A program made the translations under genes and the position numbers. A stretch of 64,000 bases of DNA from an uncultured Chloroflexia bacterium (lineage in GTDB: Bacteria > Chloroflexota > Limnocylindria > Limnocylindrales > CSP1-4), in the NCBI GenBank assembly GCA_963707215.1, contig CAVPPB010000001.1, positions 416,001 through 480,000 on the forward strand, written 5' to 3'. The number at the start of each line of letters is the position of its first letter. Position 1 is the first letter of the stretch. Positions 41,438 to 52,151 of the stretch are shown here, piece by piece. The notes under the pieces were generated by a model that ran no database searches, was not told the origin of the DNA, and saw only the letters and a list, made by a program, of their open reading frames with translations.

Positions 41438-42144
41438 ATGGCTGCTCCAAGCGTCGCCCCCAAGCGCTGGCTCGTCCTCGCGACCGACGGCCCCGGACCC
41501 GCGTTGGCGGCCCACACGGCCGCGGAGGTCCTCCTCGTGGCCACGCCCGATGCGTTCGCGACAGCCCTCCGCGATGTTGCACCGACGGTCGCGGTGCTCA
41601 CCAGCCCGCCGGCCGATCGTGCCACGATCGAGCTTGCCCTGCGGGAGCGTGGCCGGCGAAACCGACTGCGGATCGTCCTCCTCGATCACCCGGGTGCGGT
41701 GGACGAACGACTGGCGGCCCTCGAGGCGGGCTTCGACGAGGCGTTCCCGACGTCGGTCCATCCACTGGAGCTCACGGCCAGGATCAGCCGAGTGTCCCGG
41801 GATCGCCGCCCGCCAGGTCCCGCGTCGTTCGAACTCGGCGGGAGGGTTCACGCTCGATCTGGCCGGCCAGGAGCTCCGGCGGGATGGCGTTCGCATCCAC
41901 CTGCGGCCCAAGGAGTACCGCCTCCTGGCAGTCCTGGCCGCGGACCCGGGTCGAGCGTATACCCGACAGCAGCTGCTCGATCGGGTCTGGGGTCGGGGCC
42001 ATCGTGGCGATCCCCGGACGGTCGACGTCCACGTCCGCTGGCTCCGCTCGAAGATCGAGGAGACCCCCGAGGAGCCCACGTCGGCTGATCACGGTCCGGG
42101 GGACCGGCTACCGGTTCGACCCGGCACCGTTAACGGACTCTTAA
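41438..42144 (+). CDS. Atypical OmpR/PhoB-family regulator (degenerate receiver + winged helix), two +1 frameshifts (~41840, ~42076)
   Basis: Frame A receiver-like (ALEAGFDE), frame B LRPKEYRLL...QLLDRVWG...RTVDVHVRWLRSKIE, frame C LITVRGTGYRF. Confidence 0.8.
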
Positions 42145-42146
42145 CC
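42129..42146 (+). promoter_or_regulatory. Candidate PHO box upstream of pstS
   Basis: GTTAACG-GACT-CTTAACC direct repeat with 11-bp period. Confidence 0.65.
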
Positions 42147-42246
42147 CGCCACACATCTGTCGTTGAACCGCCCGGCGGACGCTTCGCTCCGCCTGGCGAA
42201 CCAGGCTCAGCGCCCGCATGGGCGCACCGAAACGGAGGAACCCTGC

Positions 42247-43256
42247 GTGACCATCACCGCAACGAAGCGCGTGACCGCCCTGATCCTGGGCGCCGCCTTC
42301 GTCGTCGCCGCCTGCGGCAGCAGCTCCACCCCGGCCCCTGATCGGTGGCTCGGGCGACGGCGGCTCGATCATCGTCTCCGGCAGCTCGACGGTCGAGCCC
42401 ATCTCGACCGGGGTCGCCGAGCTCTTCAAGGAGTCGAACCCCGACTTCCAGTACCAGATCGAGGGACCCGGGACCGGCGACGGCTTCAAGCGCTTCTGTG
42501 CCGGCGAAACCGACATCAGCGACGCCTCCCGTGCCATCAAGGAGGAGGAGGCCCAGGCCTGCGCCGACGCCGGGATCGAGTACGTCGAGCTCAAGATCGC
42601 CTACGACGGCCTCAGCGTCCTGACCAGCGTCGAGAACGACGCGATCGCCTGCCTCAGCTTCGCCGACATCTACGCCCTGGTCGGTCCCGAGTCACTGGGC
42701 TTCACCAGCTGGGCCGACGCCGCTGGCATCGCCGGGGAGCTCGGATCGCAGACCGAGTTCCCGGACGCCGACCTGACGATCACCGGCCCGGGCGAGGAGT
42801 CGGGGACCTTCGACAGCTTCGTCGAGCTGGTCCTGGCCGACATCGCCGAGGAGCGCGGCCAGGACGCCACCACCCGACCCGACTACACGCTCGAACGCCA
42901 ACGACAACGTGATCGTCGAGGGCATCACCGGCAGCCCGACCTCGCTCGGCTGGGTGGGCCTGGCCTTCGCCGAGGAGAACTCGGACGTCGTCAAGGAGAT
43001 CGCGATCTCCGAGGAGCCCAACGGCGAGTGCGTCGAGCCGAACGCCGAGACCGTCTCCGACGGCACCTACCCGATCTCCCGGCCGCTCTTCATCTACGTC
43101 AACACGGCCAGGGCCGCGGAGAACGAGGCGGTCAGCGCCTACGTCGACTTCTACCTTGCCGAGGGCACCATCGCGACCGTCCTCGAGACGGTCCCCTACG
43201 TCAACCTCCCGGCCGACGAGCTCGACGCGACGCGAGCGGCCTGGGACGGCCGCTGA
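42247..43256 (+). CDS. pstS: Phosphate ABC transporter binding lipoprotein (two +1 frameshifts, ~42340 and ~42890)
   Basis: Lipobox VAAC-G; IVSGSSTVEP, GPGTGDGFKRFC, DISDASRAIK, ESGTFD, GTYPISRPLFIY across three frames. Confidence 0.9.
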
Positions 43257-43275
43257 AGCTCCCTCCTCCTCTCGG

Positions 43276-43313
43276 GAGACCGGCCGGGCCAGCTCGGAGG
43301 CCCGGCCGGTCTC
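43276..43313 (+). terminator. Perfect 15-bp stem-loop between pstS and pstC (terminator or mRNA stabiliser)
   Basis: GAGACCGGCCGGGCC-AGCTCGGA-GGCCCGGCCGGTCTC. Confidence 0.8.
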
Positions 43314-43346
43314 TCCGTCCATCGCTAGACTTCGATCTGATCGACG

Positions 43347-44286
43347 ATGACGACGCAGACGCACGAGCCCGACCACGCCGCCGCGCACGCTCGCGGGCAG
43401 TCGCTCCCTGCGCTCGCGGGAGCGGGCCATCGGGCGCTTCTTCTTCGCCAGCGCCCTCGTCTCGATCGCCGTCACCGCCTTCATCGTCTTCACCGTGGCC
43501 GAGCAGGCGGTCGAGTTCCTGCTGGCCATCGATCCATCCCAGCTGATCGCGGACGGCTGGTTCCCGCGGCGCGGGATGTTCGACATCGCGACGCTGCTCA
43601 TCGGCACCTTCATCGTCACGGCCATCGCGATGCTGATCGCCGGGCCGATCGGGCTGCTGTCGGCCATCTACCTCGCCGAGTACGCGAGCCCGCGGACCCG
43701 TGGCGTCGTCAAGCCGGTCCTCGAGATCCTGGCCGGCGTCCCCAGCGTCGTCCTGGGCTTCTTCGCGCTGACGTTCATCAACCCGACGCTCATCCAGACC
43801 TTCGTCCCGGGAGCCAAGGGCTTCAACCTCGCCTCCGCAGCCGTGGCCGTCGGGATCCTGACGATCCCGCTCATCGCCTCCATCTCCGAGGACGCGATGA
43901 AGGCCGTGCCGGCCTCCCTCCGCGAGGCCGCCTACGGCCTGGGGGCACGCCGGGTGGCGGTCGCGGCGCGGGTCGTCGTCCCGGCGGCGATCTCCGGGAT
44001 CGTCGCAGCGATGATCCTGGGACTGTCCCGGGCGGTCGGCGAGACGATGGTCGTGGCCATCGCCGCGGGCGCCTCCGGAGGCTCTCTGCGGTCCTGGAAC
44101 CCCTTCGAGCCCGGCCAGACCATGACGGCGGCCATGGCGTCCCTGGCGACGGGGTCCGACCAGGTCGTGGGCGACAACGCCGCCTTCCAGAGCCTCTTCT
44201 TCGTCGGGCTCCTGCTCTTCGCGATGACGCTTCTGCTCAACCTCATCGGCGACACCTTCGTCCGCCGGGTCCGCCAGAGCTACTGA
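43347..44286 (+). CDS. pstC: Phosphate ABC permease PstC (one +1 frameshift ~43362)
   Basis: AIYLAEYA, KPVLEILAGVPSVVLG, REAAYGLGA, SRAVGETM. Confidence 0.93.
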
Positions 44287-44294
44287 GGCACGAC

Positions 44295-45224
44295 ATGGCG
44301 AACCCCTCCGTCACGACCGTCGCCGTGCAGCGATCCCTGGCCGGGACCGGCCGCGACTGGGCCGGGACCCTGTTCGCCCTCCTGCTCCTGGGCGCGCTGC
44401 TCCTGACACTGGTCGTCCTGGTCGTCCTGATCGTCGACCAGCTGACCCGCGGGCTACCGGTCTTCCAGGAGCGAGGGTTCGACTTCCTGACCTCCGGCCT
44501 CTCGTCGAACCCGGCCAAGGCCGGCGTCGGGCAGGCCATCGTCGGTTCGCTGGTCATCGGCCTGCTCGTGGCGATCTTCTGCTTCCCGCTGGGGATCCTG
44601 ACCGCGGTCTACCTCGAGGAGTACGCTCCGGACAACGCCCTGACCCGGTTCATCAACGTCAACATCCGGAACCTGGCCGGGGTCCCGTCGATCGTCTACG
44701 GCCTGCTGGGCCTGACCGTCTTCGTGGCCCTGTTCGCGGCCCTGGGCTTCCCCAACAGCGGGCGGAACATCCTCGCCGGGGCCGTCACGCTGACCGCCCT
44801 GATCCTGCCCATCGTCATCATCACCTCGGCAGAGGCGCTGCGAGCCGTGCCGCAGTCGCTCCGCGAGGGCGGCTACGGGGTCGGCGCCTCGCGTTGGCAG
44901 GTGACCCGGCAGCTGGTGCTGCCGGCCGCCCGGCCCGGGATCCTCACGGGAACGATCCTCGCCCTGGCCCGGGCGCTGGGCGAGACCGCTCCGCTCCTGC
45001 TGGCCGGGGCCGTCCTGGGGAGCTTCTCGACCTCGGGATCGCTCGGCGACATCCTGACCGGGCCGTACACGGTCCTTCCGGTGACCGTCTACGACTGGTC
45101 CCGCAAGCCGCAGGAGGAGTTCCGGGAGCTGACGTCGGCGGCGATCCTGGTCCTCCTGGTGCTGACCCTCTCGTTCAACGCGCTGGCGATCCTCCTGCGC
45201 AACCGCTACCAGAAGCAGCTCTGA
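44295..45224 (+). CDS. pstA: Phosphate ABC permease PstA
   Basis: [30 protein letters not shown]. Confidence 0.94.
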   Translation: MANPSVTTVAVQRSLAGTGRDWAGTLFALLLLGALLLTLVVLVVLIVDQLTRGLPVFQERGFDFLTSGLSSNPAKAGVGQAIVGSLVIGLLVAIFCFPLGILTAVYLEEYAPDNALTRFINVNIRNLAGVPSIVYGLLGLTVFVALFAALGFPNSGRNILAGAVTLTALILPIVIITSAEALRAVPQSLREGGYGVGASRWQVTRQLVLPAARPGILTGTILALARALGETAPLLLAGAVLGSFSTSGSLGDILTGPYTVLPVTVYDWSRKPQEEFRELTSAAILVLLVLTLSFNALAILLRNRYQKQL

Positions 45225-45273
45225 CCACGAGACCATGATGACCACCGAAGACCCGGGCCCGCAGGAGGACCCC

Positions 45274-46116
45274 ATGACCACCGAGACCACCACGCCGAGC
45301 ATCGACCTGACCCTCGCGGCGGCCGGCGTCACCAGCGAGACCATGTCATCGCTGCCGAGCGCCGTCGCCCTGCGGGACGTCTCCGTCTACTACGGCAGCT
45401 TCCGGGCCGTGAAGGAGGTCACGATCGACATCCCCCGGCAGCGGATCACCGCCTTCATCGGCCCGTCCGGCTGCGGCAAGTCGACGCTCCTGCGCTCGAT
45501 CAACCGGATGAACGACCTGATCCCGAGCGCCCGGGTCGAGGGGCACATGGTCTACCACGACGAGGACCTCTACGCCGACTACGTCGACCCGGTCGAGGTC
45601 CGGCGGCGGATCGGGATGGTCTTCCAGAAGCCCAACCCGTTCCCCAAGTCGATCTACGACAACGTCGCCTTCGGCCCCAGGGTGACGGGCTTCAAGGGCG
45701 ACATGAACGAGCTCGTCGAGTCGTGCCTCCGTCGGGCGGCGCTGTGGGACGAGGTCAAGGACAAGCTCCAGGAGTCCGGCCTGGCCCTCTCGGGCGGCCA
45801 GCAGCAGCGGCTGTGCATCGCCCGGGCGATCGCCACCGAGCCGGACATGATCCTGATGGACGAGCCATGCTCCGCGCTGGATCCGCGCTCCACGCTCCAG
45901 ATCGAGGAGCTGATGGCCGAGCTGAAGGAGAAGTACACGATCGTCATCGTCACCCACAACATGCAGCAGGCCGCACGCGCGTCCGACTTCACGATCTTCC
46001 TGACGATGGACGACGACCGGGCCGGCTACGTCGTGGAGCAGGGCGACACGATCGGGATCTTCACCAATCCCAGGAACAGGCTGACCGAGGACTACGTGTC
46101 CGGTCGGTTCGGCTGA
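45274..46116 (+). CDS. pstB: Phosphate ABC ATPase PstB
   Basis: [43 protein letters not shown]; start 45235 or 45274 (GGAGG). Confidence 0.97.
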   Translation: MTTETTTPSIDLTLAAAGVTSETMSSLPSAVALRDVSVYYGSFRAVKEVTIDIPRQRITAFIGPSGCGKSTLLRSINRMNDLIPSARVEGHMVYHDEDLYADYVDPVEVRRRIGMVFQKPNPFPKSIYDNVAFGPRVTGFKGDMNELVESCLRRAALWDEVKDKLQESGLALSGGQQQRLCIARAIATEPDMILMDEPCSALDPRSTLQIEELMAELKEKYTIVIVTHNMQQAARASDFTIFLTMDDDRAGYVVEQGDTIGIFTNPRNRLTEDYVSGRFG

Positions 46117-46129
46117 GCGAGGTGCCGAG

Positions 46130-46912
46130 ATGACCGAGGAGCAGCAGCCGACCGAGCCCACGGCCGACGCCCGGGAGGTGCCGGAGGAGGTTCCCGAGGA
46201 GGTCGAGCGGCTCCTCCAGCGCGTCGAGGGTGACCGAGCCCTGCCGGTCGGCATCGTCCACCGCGACGTCCTGGACCGCGAGATCCGGTTCATCAAGGAC
46301 GCCATCCTGCGGATGGGCTCGCTCTGCGAGGACGCCATCCGGGGCGCCGCCGAGGCGCTCATCCGCCACGACGCCGACAAGGCGCTCGAGGTGATCCGTG
46401 GTGACGCCCTGGTCAACGAGGTCCAGGTCTCGATCACCCGGCTCGTCTCGGTCACGATCGCCACCCAGCAGCCGGTCGCCCGGGATCTCCGGCTGCTGTT
46501 GACCCTCGACCACGTCAGCTACGAGCTTGAGCGCGTCGGGGACCACGCGGCCTCGGTGGCGAAGGCGGTCATCAAGCTCTCGCCGGAGCCGCCCCTCGAG
46601 GGCTACGTCCACATGCCCGAGATGGCGGATCAGGCGGCAAAGGTCATCCACGGGGTCCTGCGGGCACTCGTCGAAGTCGACCCAGAGGCGGCCCGCGAGG
46701 CTGCCAGGCTCGACGACGAGATCGACACGCTGTACCACGCCACCTTCGACGAGACCGTCAAGCTGATGCGCCAGGACCCGGCCAACGTCGAGCGCGGCGC
46801 CCGGATCATCCTCGCGTCCCACTACCTCGAACGGATCGGCGATCGGGCGACGAACATCGCCGAGGACGTCGTCTTCCTGGCGACCGGCGAGGTCGAGGAC
46901 CTGAACCCCTGA
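46130..46912 (+). CDS. phoU: Phosphate signalling protein PhoU
   Basis: QQPVARDLR, LERVGDHA, LERIGDRATNIAE. Confidence 0.95.
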   Translation: MTEEQQPTEPTADAREVPEEVPEEVERLLQRVEGDRALPVGIVHRDVLDREIRFIKDAILRMGSLCEDAIRGAAEALIRHDADKALEVIRGDALVNEVQVSITRLVSVTIATQQPVARDLRLLLTLDHVSYELERVGDHAASVAKAVIKLSPEPPLEGYVHMPEMADQAAKVIHGVLRALVEVDPEAAREAARLDDEIDTLYHATFDETVKLMRQDPANVERGARIILASHYLERIGDRATNIAEDVVFLATGEVEDLNP

Positions 46913-46971
46913 CCGGGTGGCGGGCTCCGATCGCCCGCACCGAGGCGTTGCCAGCGGGGTAGCATCCCCGC

Positions 46972-47478
46972 ATGAGCACGGACCGCCTGAAGCTGCACCT
47001 CCTCCGACATGCCGACGCCGGCGACAGCGCCGCGTGGGTCGGCGACGATGCGGAGCGGCCCTTGTCGCGCAAGGGACGTCGCCAGTCCGAGCTGCTGGGC
47101 CGATTCCTGGCTGCGGGCGGCTTCCGGACCGACGCCATGATCACGTCGCCCCTGGTCCGTGCGGCCGAGACGGCCGAGCTGGTCGCGGCCGAGCTCGTGA
47201 CCCCGGTCCTGGTCGACGAGCGGCTGGGGTCCGGCTGCGGTCCGGACGAGTTCGTCGCCATCCTGGCCGATGCCGGCGACCCGGTCCGACCGGTCCTGGT
47301 CGGCCACGATCCGGACTTCAGCGAGCTGGCCTCGTGGCTGACCGGCACGGCGATCGACATGAAGAAGGGCTCCATGGCCAGGATCGACCTCGACGGGCCG
47401 CCCGGGCCGGGCAGCGGTCGGCTCCGCTGGCTGCTCCCCCCGGACCTGCTGGCCACCGATCCCAGCGAGCGCTCCTAG
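46972..47478 (+). CDS. sixA: Phosphohistidine phosphatase SixA-like
   Basis: LLRHADA, DAERPLS, TSPLVRAAETA, LVGHDPD. Confidence 0.88.
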   Translation: MSTDRLKLHLLRHADAGDSAAWVGDDAERPLSRKGRRQSELLGRFLAAGGFRTDAMITSPLVRAAETAELVAAELVTPVLVDERLGSGCGPDEFVAILADAGDPVRPVLVGHDPDFSELASWLTGTAIDMKKGSMARIDLDGPPGPGSGRLRWLLPPDLLATDPSERS

Positions 47479-48215
47479 CCCGCAGGCAGGGAGGCTCGAT
47501 CGTCGTCGGGGCCGCAGCCCATCTCGAGGGCGGCCCCCTCGACGCATAGAGCTGCCACGCCGAGGCTCGCCAGCCGGCGGGCGTCCGAGGTCCGACGGAC
47601 CGTCCAGCCGGCGACCTCGAGGCCGGCATCCCGGGCCAACCGCATCGAGCGCTCGTCGATCGCCGCCCAAGGCACCGAGACACCCGAGCAGCCGAGAGCG
47701 AGCGCCTGACCCACGGTCGCGCGGTCGAGCGCATCCGAGTTGAGCCAGCGGGCCCAGCCTGGAGCGAGGCCGGCGAGTCGCCCGAGGAGCGCTTCGTCGA
47801 ACGACGAGAGCGCCAGAGCCTCCGGGGGATCCCCGCGAACTGCACGGACGATCTCGACCGAGGCTGCGACCACGTCGTCCTTCAGCTCGACGTCCAGGAA
47901 GGCTGGAGCCGGCATGGCCGCCAGGGCCGCCTCCAGGGTCGGGACGCCGTGCGCGGCCAGCTCGGCGATCGTCATCCGGGCGGCGGTGGTCGCCACGCCC
48001 TGGACCCGACGGAGCGTCGCGTCGTGGAGCACGATCGGGGTGCCGTCGGCGGCGGTCCGGACGTCCAGCTCGACCCCGTCGCACGCTGGGACCGCCAGGG
48101 CCGCCCGGAAGGCGGCCAACGAGTTCTCCGGGACCGCGCGGTGATCGCCGCGGTGGGCCAGGAGGAGCGGCCGTGGCCGACCGCCGGGCGCCACTGCCCG
48201 CTCGATCGACGGCAC
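47475..48215 (-). CDS. Glycerophosphodiester phosphodiesterase
   Basis: AHRG, PENSLAAF, VELDV, LHDATL, VELK, GWTV. Confidence 0.9.
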   Translation of the reverse strand: MPSIERAVAPGGRPRPLLLAHRGDHRAVPENSLAAFRAALAVPACDGVELDVRTAADGTPIVLHDATLRRVQGVATTAARMTIAELAAHGVPTLEAALAAMPAPAFLDVELKDDVVAASVEIVRAVRGDPPEALALSSFDEALLGRLAGLAPGWARWLNSDALDRATVGQALALGCSGVSVPWAAIDERSMRLARDAGLEVAGWTVRRTSDARRLASLGVAALCVEGAALEMGCGPDDDRASLPAG

Positions 48216-48216
48216 G

Positions 48217-48975
48217 TCAGCCGACCCGGAGGATCGCCGCGACACCCAGGTGGTCCGATGGGTAGAGGGTGGGATCGTGGACGGCCGGACGGTCGAAGAC
48301 CATGCGGGCGGACTCGACGGTCGCCGCGCCGCGGACCCAGATGTAGTCGAGGCAGCCGGGCAGGCCGGCGGTGTCCATGGCAGGGGCGACGAGTCCCGAC
48401 GGCCAGGTCGCCTCCGGTTCGGCGCCATTGGCTTCCGCGTGAGCAGAACGGAAGCCGGCGCCCTGCATCCGCACATGCGTCGGCTCCCCCGGTCGGGCGT
48501 TGAAGTCGCCGACGACGACCTGCGCGTCCGATGGAGGTGCGGCGTCGAGCCAGGCGACCAGGCGCTCGGCCTGCTGATCGCGGACCGCGTCGTGCTCGGG
48601 CCCGACGAGGTGATGGAGGTGGACGACGGCCACGAGGAGCCCTGCGCCGCCGGGCGGCTCGACCCGGGCCCGGATGGCCGCGCGCTGGACATCCAGGTCG
48701 AGGCGCTCGTCGGCCATCGGCGCCAGCGGCGCCCGAACGAGCAGGCTGTTGCCGTACTCGGGCCGCCCGGCCCAGCCGCGGACGATCCGGTACTGCCCAT
48801 CGCCGGCCGCCCCGACCAGCCGGTCCTGCTCCATCGGGTAGACGACCTCCTGGAGGCCGAGCAGGTCGGGCTGGAGCGCGGCCATGTCGGCGAGGATCAG
48901 GGGCAGCCGCTCCGCCCAGCGGTCGACGAAGTGGAGCAGGTTGAGCGTCGCGACGGTGACCCGGTCCACGATCAT
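48217..48975 (-). CDS. Endonuclease/exonuclease/phosphatase (EEP) family protein
   Basis: ATLNL, LGLQEV, VVGDFN, LDYIW, PSDH. Confidence 0.9.
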   Translation of the reverse strand: MIVDRVTVATLNLLHFVDRWAERLPLILADMAALQPDLLGLQEVVYPMEQDRLVGAAGDGQYRIVRGWAGRPEYGNSLLVRAPLAPMADERLDLDVQRAAIRARVEPPGGAGLLVAVVHLHHLVGPEHDAVRDQQAERLVAWLDAAPPSDAQVVVGDFNARPGEPTHVRMQGAGFRSAHAEANGAEPEATWPSGLVAPAMDTAGLPGCLDYIWVRGAATVESARMVFDRPAVHDPTLYPSDHLGVAAILRVG

Positions 48976-50261
48976 GCCCCCCTCCCGGGTGCCGCCGGCT
49001 CGTGCTGGTCGCCGCGGGCTTCGGGATCGGCAGCGACCGGCAGCACCACCGTGAACGTCGACCCGATACCCTCGCCCGACTCGAGCTCGATCCGCCCGCC
49101 GTGCGCCTCGACGATATGGCGAGCGATCGCCAGTCCCAGGCCGGTCCCGCCGCCCCGGACGCGCGCCCGGTCGACCTTGTAGAAGCGTTCGAAGACGCGC
49201 GCCTGGGCCGCCGATGGGATCCCGATCCCGCGATCCTCGACCGCGATCGAGACCTCGTCGTCACGCTCCGCGACGTGGACCACGACCTGGCCGCCGTCGG
49301 GGCTGAACTTGATCGCGTTGTGGACGAGGTTGACGAGCACCTGGGCAAGCCGGGCCTCGTCACCGCGGACGGCTCGGACGGCGTCCGGGGCATCGACGTC
49401 CAGGCGCACGCCCTGGCGGTCGGCGAACACCCGCAGGCGGTCGGTCGCGGCCACCGACAGCGCGACCGGGTCGACGATGTCGAGCAAGTGGATCGGGCCA
49501 CCGGACTCGATCCGCGAGAGGTCGAGCATCTCGTTGACCATCTGGGCGAGGTTGCCCGTCTCCACCTCGATCTTGGCGACCCGGTCGCGGGTCCGCGGCT
49601 CGACACTGTCGCCGGCTGCGTCAAGGTCGCGCGCCAGCGTCTCGGCCAGGAGCCCGATGTTCGTGAGCGGCGTGCGAAGCTCGTGCGAGAGATTGTCGAT
49701 GAACTCCGCTCGGATCCGCTGGAGCCTGCGGAGCTCGGAGACATCCTCGAGGACCAGCCAGACACCGCCGGCCGGCGACCGCCGGGAGCGGACCCGCAGC
49801 TCACGCACCCCTTCATCGCGAACGGTGAGATCCTCGGAGAGCGAACCGACCTTGGGCGCGGACCGGACGAGGTCCTCGACGCGTCGGTCGAGGAAGATCT
49901 CCATGACCGTCCGGCCGGTCAGGCCCCCCTGTCTTGGACCCACGAGCATCGTCGCCGTCAGGTTCGCCTCGTCGACCACCAGGTCATCCGTGACATGGAT
50001 GACGCCGAACCCGCCTAGACCGGTGACGACCCGTCCCTCCGGCCCGAGCCTGGAGGTGTCGGCGTCCGCCGCGGGGATCTCCGGGTCACCACTGCCGGCA
50101 GGCATCGCGCCGGCGCTCGTCCGTTGGATCGGAGCGGAAGACCGCGTCGGCCGTTGGCTCGCTGCTCCGCTCGAACGGGCCCGTCGCGCACCGAGGAGGA
50201 AGCCGATCCCGAGCCCCGACACCAGCGCCACCGGGATGATGAAGACGACGAGTGGGTCCAC
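48972..50261 (-). CDS. phoR: PhoR/SenX3-like sensor histidine kinase
   Basis: Single N-terminal TM, PAS-like region, SHELRTPL, NLVHNAIKF, FERFYKVD, GGTGLGLAI. Confidence 0.85.
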   Translation of the reverse strand: MDPLVVFIIPVALVSGLGIGFLLGARRARSSGAASQRPTRSSAPIQRTSAGAMPAGSGDPEIPAADADTSRLGPEGRVVTGLGGFGVIHVTDDLVVDEANLTATMLVGPRQGGLTGRTVMEIFLDRRVEDLVRSAPKVGSLSEDLTVRDEGVRELRVRSRRSPAGGVWLVLEDVSELRRLQRIRAEFIDNLSHELRTPLTNIGLLAETLARDLDAAGDSVEPRTRDRVAKIEVETGNLAQMVNEMLDLSRIESGGPIHLLDIVDPVALSVAATDRLRVFADRQGVRLDVDAPDAVRAVRGDEARLAQVLVNLVHNAIKFSPDGGQVVVHVAERDDEVSIAVEDRGIGIPSAAQARVFERFYKVDRARVRGGGTGLGLAIARHIVEAHGGRIELESGEGIGSTFTVVLPVAADPEARGDQHEPAAPGRGA

Positions 50262-50332
50262 GGGCCCATGGTCGCATGGGCCCGCCGGTCCCGGGTAGCG
50301 TCTGGTCCCGCGGGCCGCTCCCGGGACCGCGC

Positions 50333-52057
50333 TCAGGCGGTGGTGGCCGTCTCCGGAAAGCCGTCGCGGAGCATCGCCTCGACCTCGGCGATGGGGAGCT
50401 GGCCCCGTTCGCCGGTCCGGCGCTCGGTCACCTCGATCGAATCGGCGGCCAGCGACCGCGGACTCACGGTCAGGATCCAGGGCATGCCCAGGAGCTCGGC
50501 ATCGGTGAACTTCACCCCGGGCGACTCGGGTCGGTCGTCCCAGAGGAGCTCCCGTCCGGCCTCGAAGGCAAGGTCGTGGAGTCGCTGGGCCACCTCGAGG
50601 ACGCGCGGGTCCTTGTCGCTGCCGATCGAGACCAGGTGGGCCGCGTACGGCGCGATCTCGGCCGGCCAGGTGATGCCCTTCTCGTCGTGGTGGGCCTCGA
50701 CGACGCAGGCCAGGTTGCGCCCGAGCCCGATGCCGTACGAACCCATGACGATGGGGTGGCGCTCGCCGTCCTCGCCGAGGTAGTAGGCCCCCAGCGCTTC
50801 GGAGAAGTCGGTGCCGAGCTTGAAGATGTTGCCGACCTCGATCCCACGGCGGAGCTTCACCGGCGCTTCGCAGCGAGGACACGGGTCGCCCTCCCGGGCG
50901 CTCGCGATGTCGGCGACGAGGTCGGGCTCGTAGTCACGCGGGACGTTGACGTTCCGGACGTGCCAGCCCACGCGGTTGGCGCCGGCTACCAGGTTCGGTG
51001 AGCGCGCGACCAGGTCGTCGACGACGACCGTCGCGTCGCGGGCGGCCATCGGCGATCCGTAGCCTGGCTCCATGCCGTGCTCGCGGATCTCCTCGACCTG
51101 GGCCGGCCGGAGCTTGCCGGCGGGCGTCCGGAGGGCGTTGGCCAGCTTGGTCTCCCCGACCTCGAAGTCGCCGCGGACGATGGCGACCACGAACCGACCA
51201 TCGCCGGTCACGAAGAAGGTGGCCTTGGCGGTCCGGTCCTCGCCGACCCCCAGGAAGCGGGCGAGGTCGGCGATCGTATCGGTGCCGGGCGTCTCGACCT
51301 CCTCCATCGGCAGGGGTGCCTCGTCGGCGGGCTCGCGCTTGCCGACCACGGCGATCTGCTGGTTGTCGGCGTACCCGCAGGCGTCGCAGAGGACGAGGGT
51401 GTCCTCGCCGTACTCGTTGACGACCATGAACTCGTGGGCCCCGCTTCCGCCCATGACCCCGACGTCGGCCCCGACGGCGATGGCGTCGAGCCCGAGCCGC
51501 CGGAAGATCCGCTCGTAGGCCGCGTAGTGCTTGCGGTAGCTGACGTCCAGGCCGGCGTCATCGCGGTCGCAGCTGTACGAGTCCTTCATGACGAACTCGC
51601 GGACCCGGATGAGGCCGCCTCGCGAGCGAGGCTCGTCGCGGAACTTGGTCTGGAAGTGGTAGACGAGCAGGGGGAGCTGGCGGTAGGACTTGACGATGTC
51701 GCGGAGCAGCAGCGCGACGACCTCCTCGTGGGTGAACGCCAGGACGAGGTCGCGGTCGGCTCGATCCTTGAACCGGAGAAGCTCGGGTCCGATCTTCTGG
51801 TAGCGGCCGCTCTCGCGCCAGATCTCGGCCGGGTGGACGACCGGCATCTCCATCTCCTGGCAGCCGATGGCGTCGAGCTCCTCGCGGATGACCTGCTCGA
51901 TCCGCCTGGTCGCCCGGAAGCCGAGCGGCAGGAGCGTGTAGATCCCGGCCCCCAGCTGGCGAACGTAGCCGGCCCGGACGAGGAGGCGGTGGGATGGCAT
52001 CTCCGCGTCGGCGGGGTCGTCACGGAGGGAGGTGAAGAAGAGCTCGCTCACACGCAT
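50333..52057 (-). CDS. proS: Proline--tRNA ligase (bacterial type with editing insertion)
   Basis: SHRLLVRAGY, KFRDEPRSRGGLIRVREF, GIEVGNIFKLG, MGSYGIG. Confidence 0.97.
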   Translation of the reverse strand: MRVSELFFTSLRDDPADAEMPSHRLLVRAGYVRQLGAGIYTLLPLGFRATRRIEQVIREELDAIGCQEMEMPVVHPAEIWRESGRYQKIGPELLRFKDRADRDLVLAFTHEEVVALLLRDIVKSYRQLPLLVYHFQTKFRDEPRSRGGLIRVREFVMKDSYSCDRDDAGLDVSYRKHYAAYERIFRRLGLDAIAVGADVGVMGGSGAHEFMVVNEYGEDTLVLCDACGYADNQQIAVVGKREPADEAPLPMEEVETPGTDTIADLARFLGVGEDRTAKATFFVTGDGRFVVAIVRGDFEVGETKLANALRTPAGKLRPAQVEEIREHGMEPGYGSPMAARDATVVVDDLVARSPNLVAGANRVGWHVRNVNVPRDYEPDLVADIASAREGDPCPRCEAPVKLRRGIEVGNIFKLGTDFSEALGAYYLGEDGERHPIVMGSYGIGLGRNLACVVEAHHDEKGITWPAEIAPYAAHLVSIGSDKDPRVLEVAQRLHDLAFEAGRELLWDDRPESPGVKFTDAELLGMPWILTVSPRSLAADSIEVTERRTGERGQLPIAEVEAMLRDGFPETATTA

Positions 52058-52134
52058 GGCCCGAAGCATAGCCGGAGCGCCACGAGCCGCGCGGGGACGG
52101 CCGCGAGCGAGGCCCCCGGGGGCCGCCGCCACTC

Positions 52135-52151
52135 GTTAACATCGGATGAAC
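52135..52151 (+). promoter_or_regulatory. Candidate PHO box upstream of pit
   Basis: GTTAAC-ATCGG-ATGAAC, 11-bp period. Confidence 0.5.

Noticed and set aside
43347-45224. 625-aa ORF that looks like an extended PstA
   Set aside because: The first ~316 codons are the off-frame shadow of pstC, caused by the frameshift at ~43362; pstA starts at 44295.
48972-50882. 636-aa histidine kinase with long N-terminus
   Set aside because: The extension overlaps proS out of frame; the TM-bearing start is GTG 50261.
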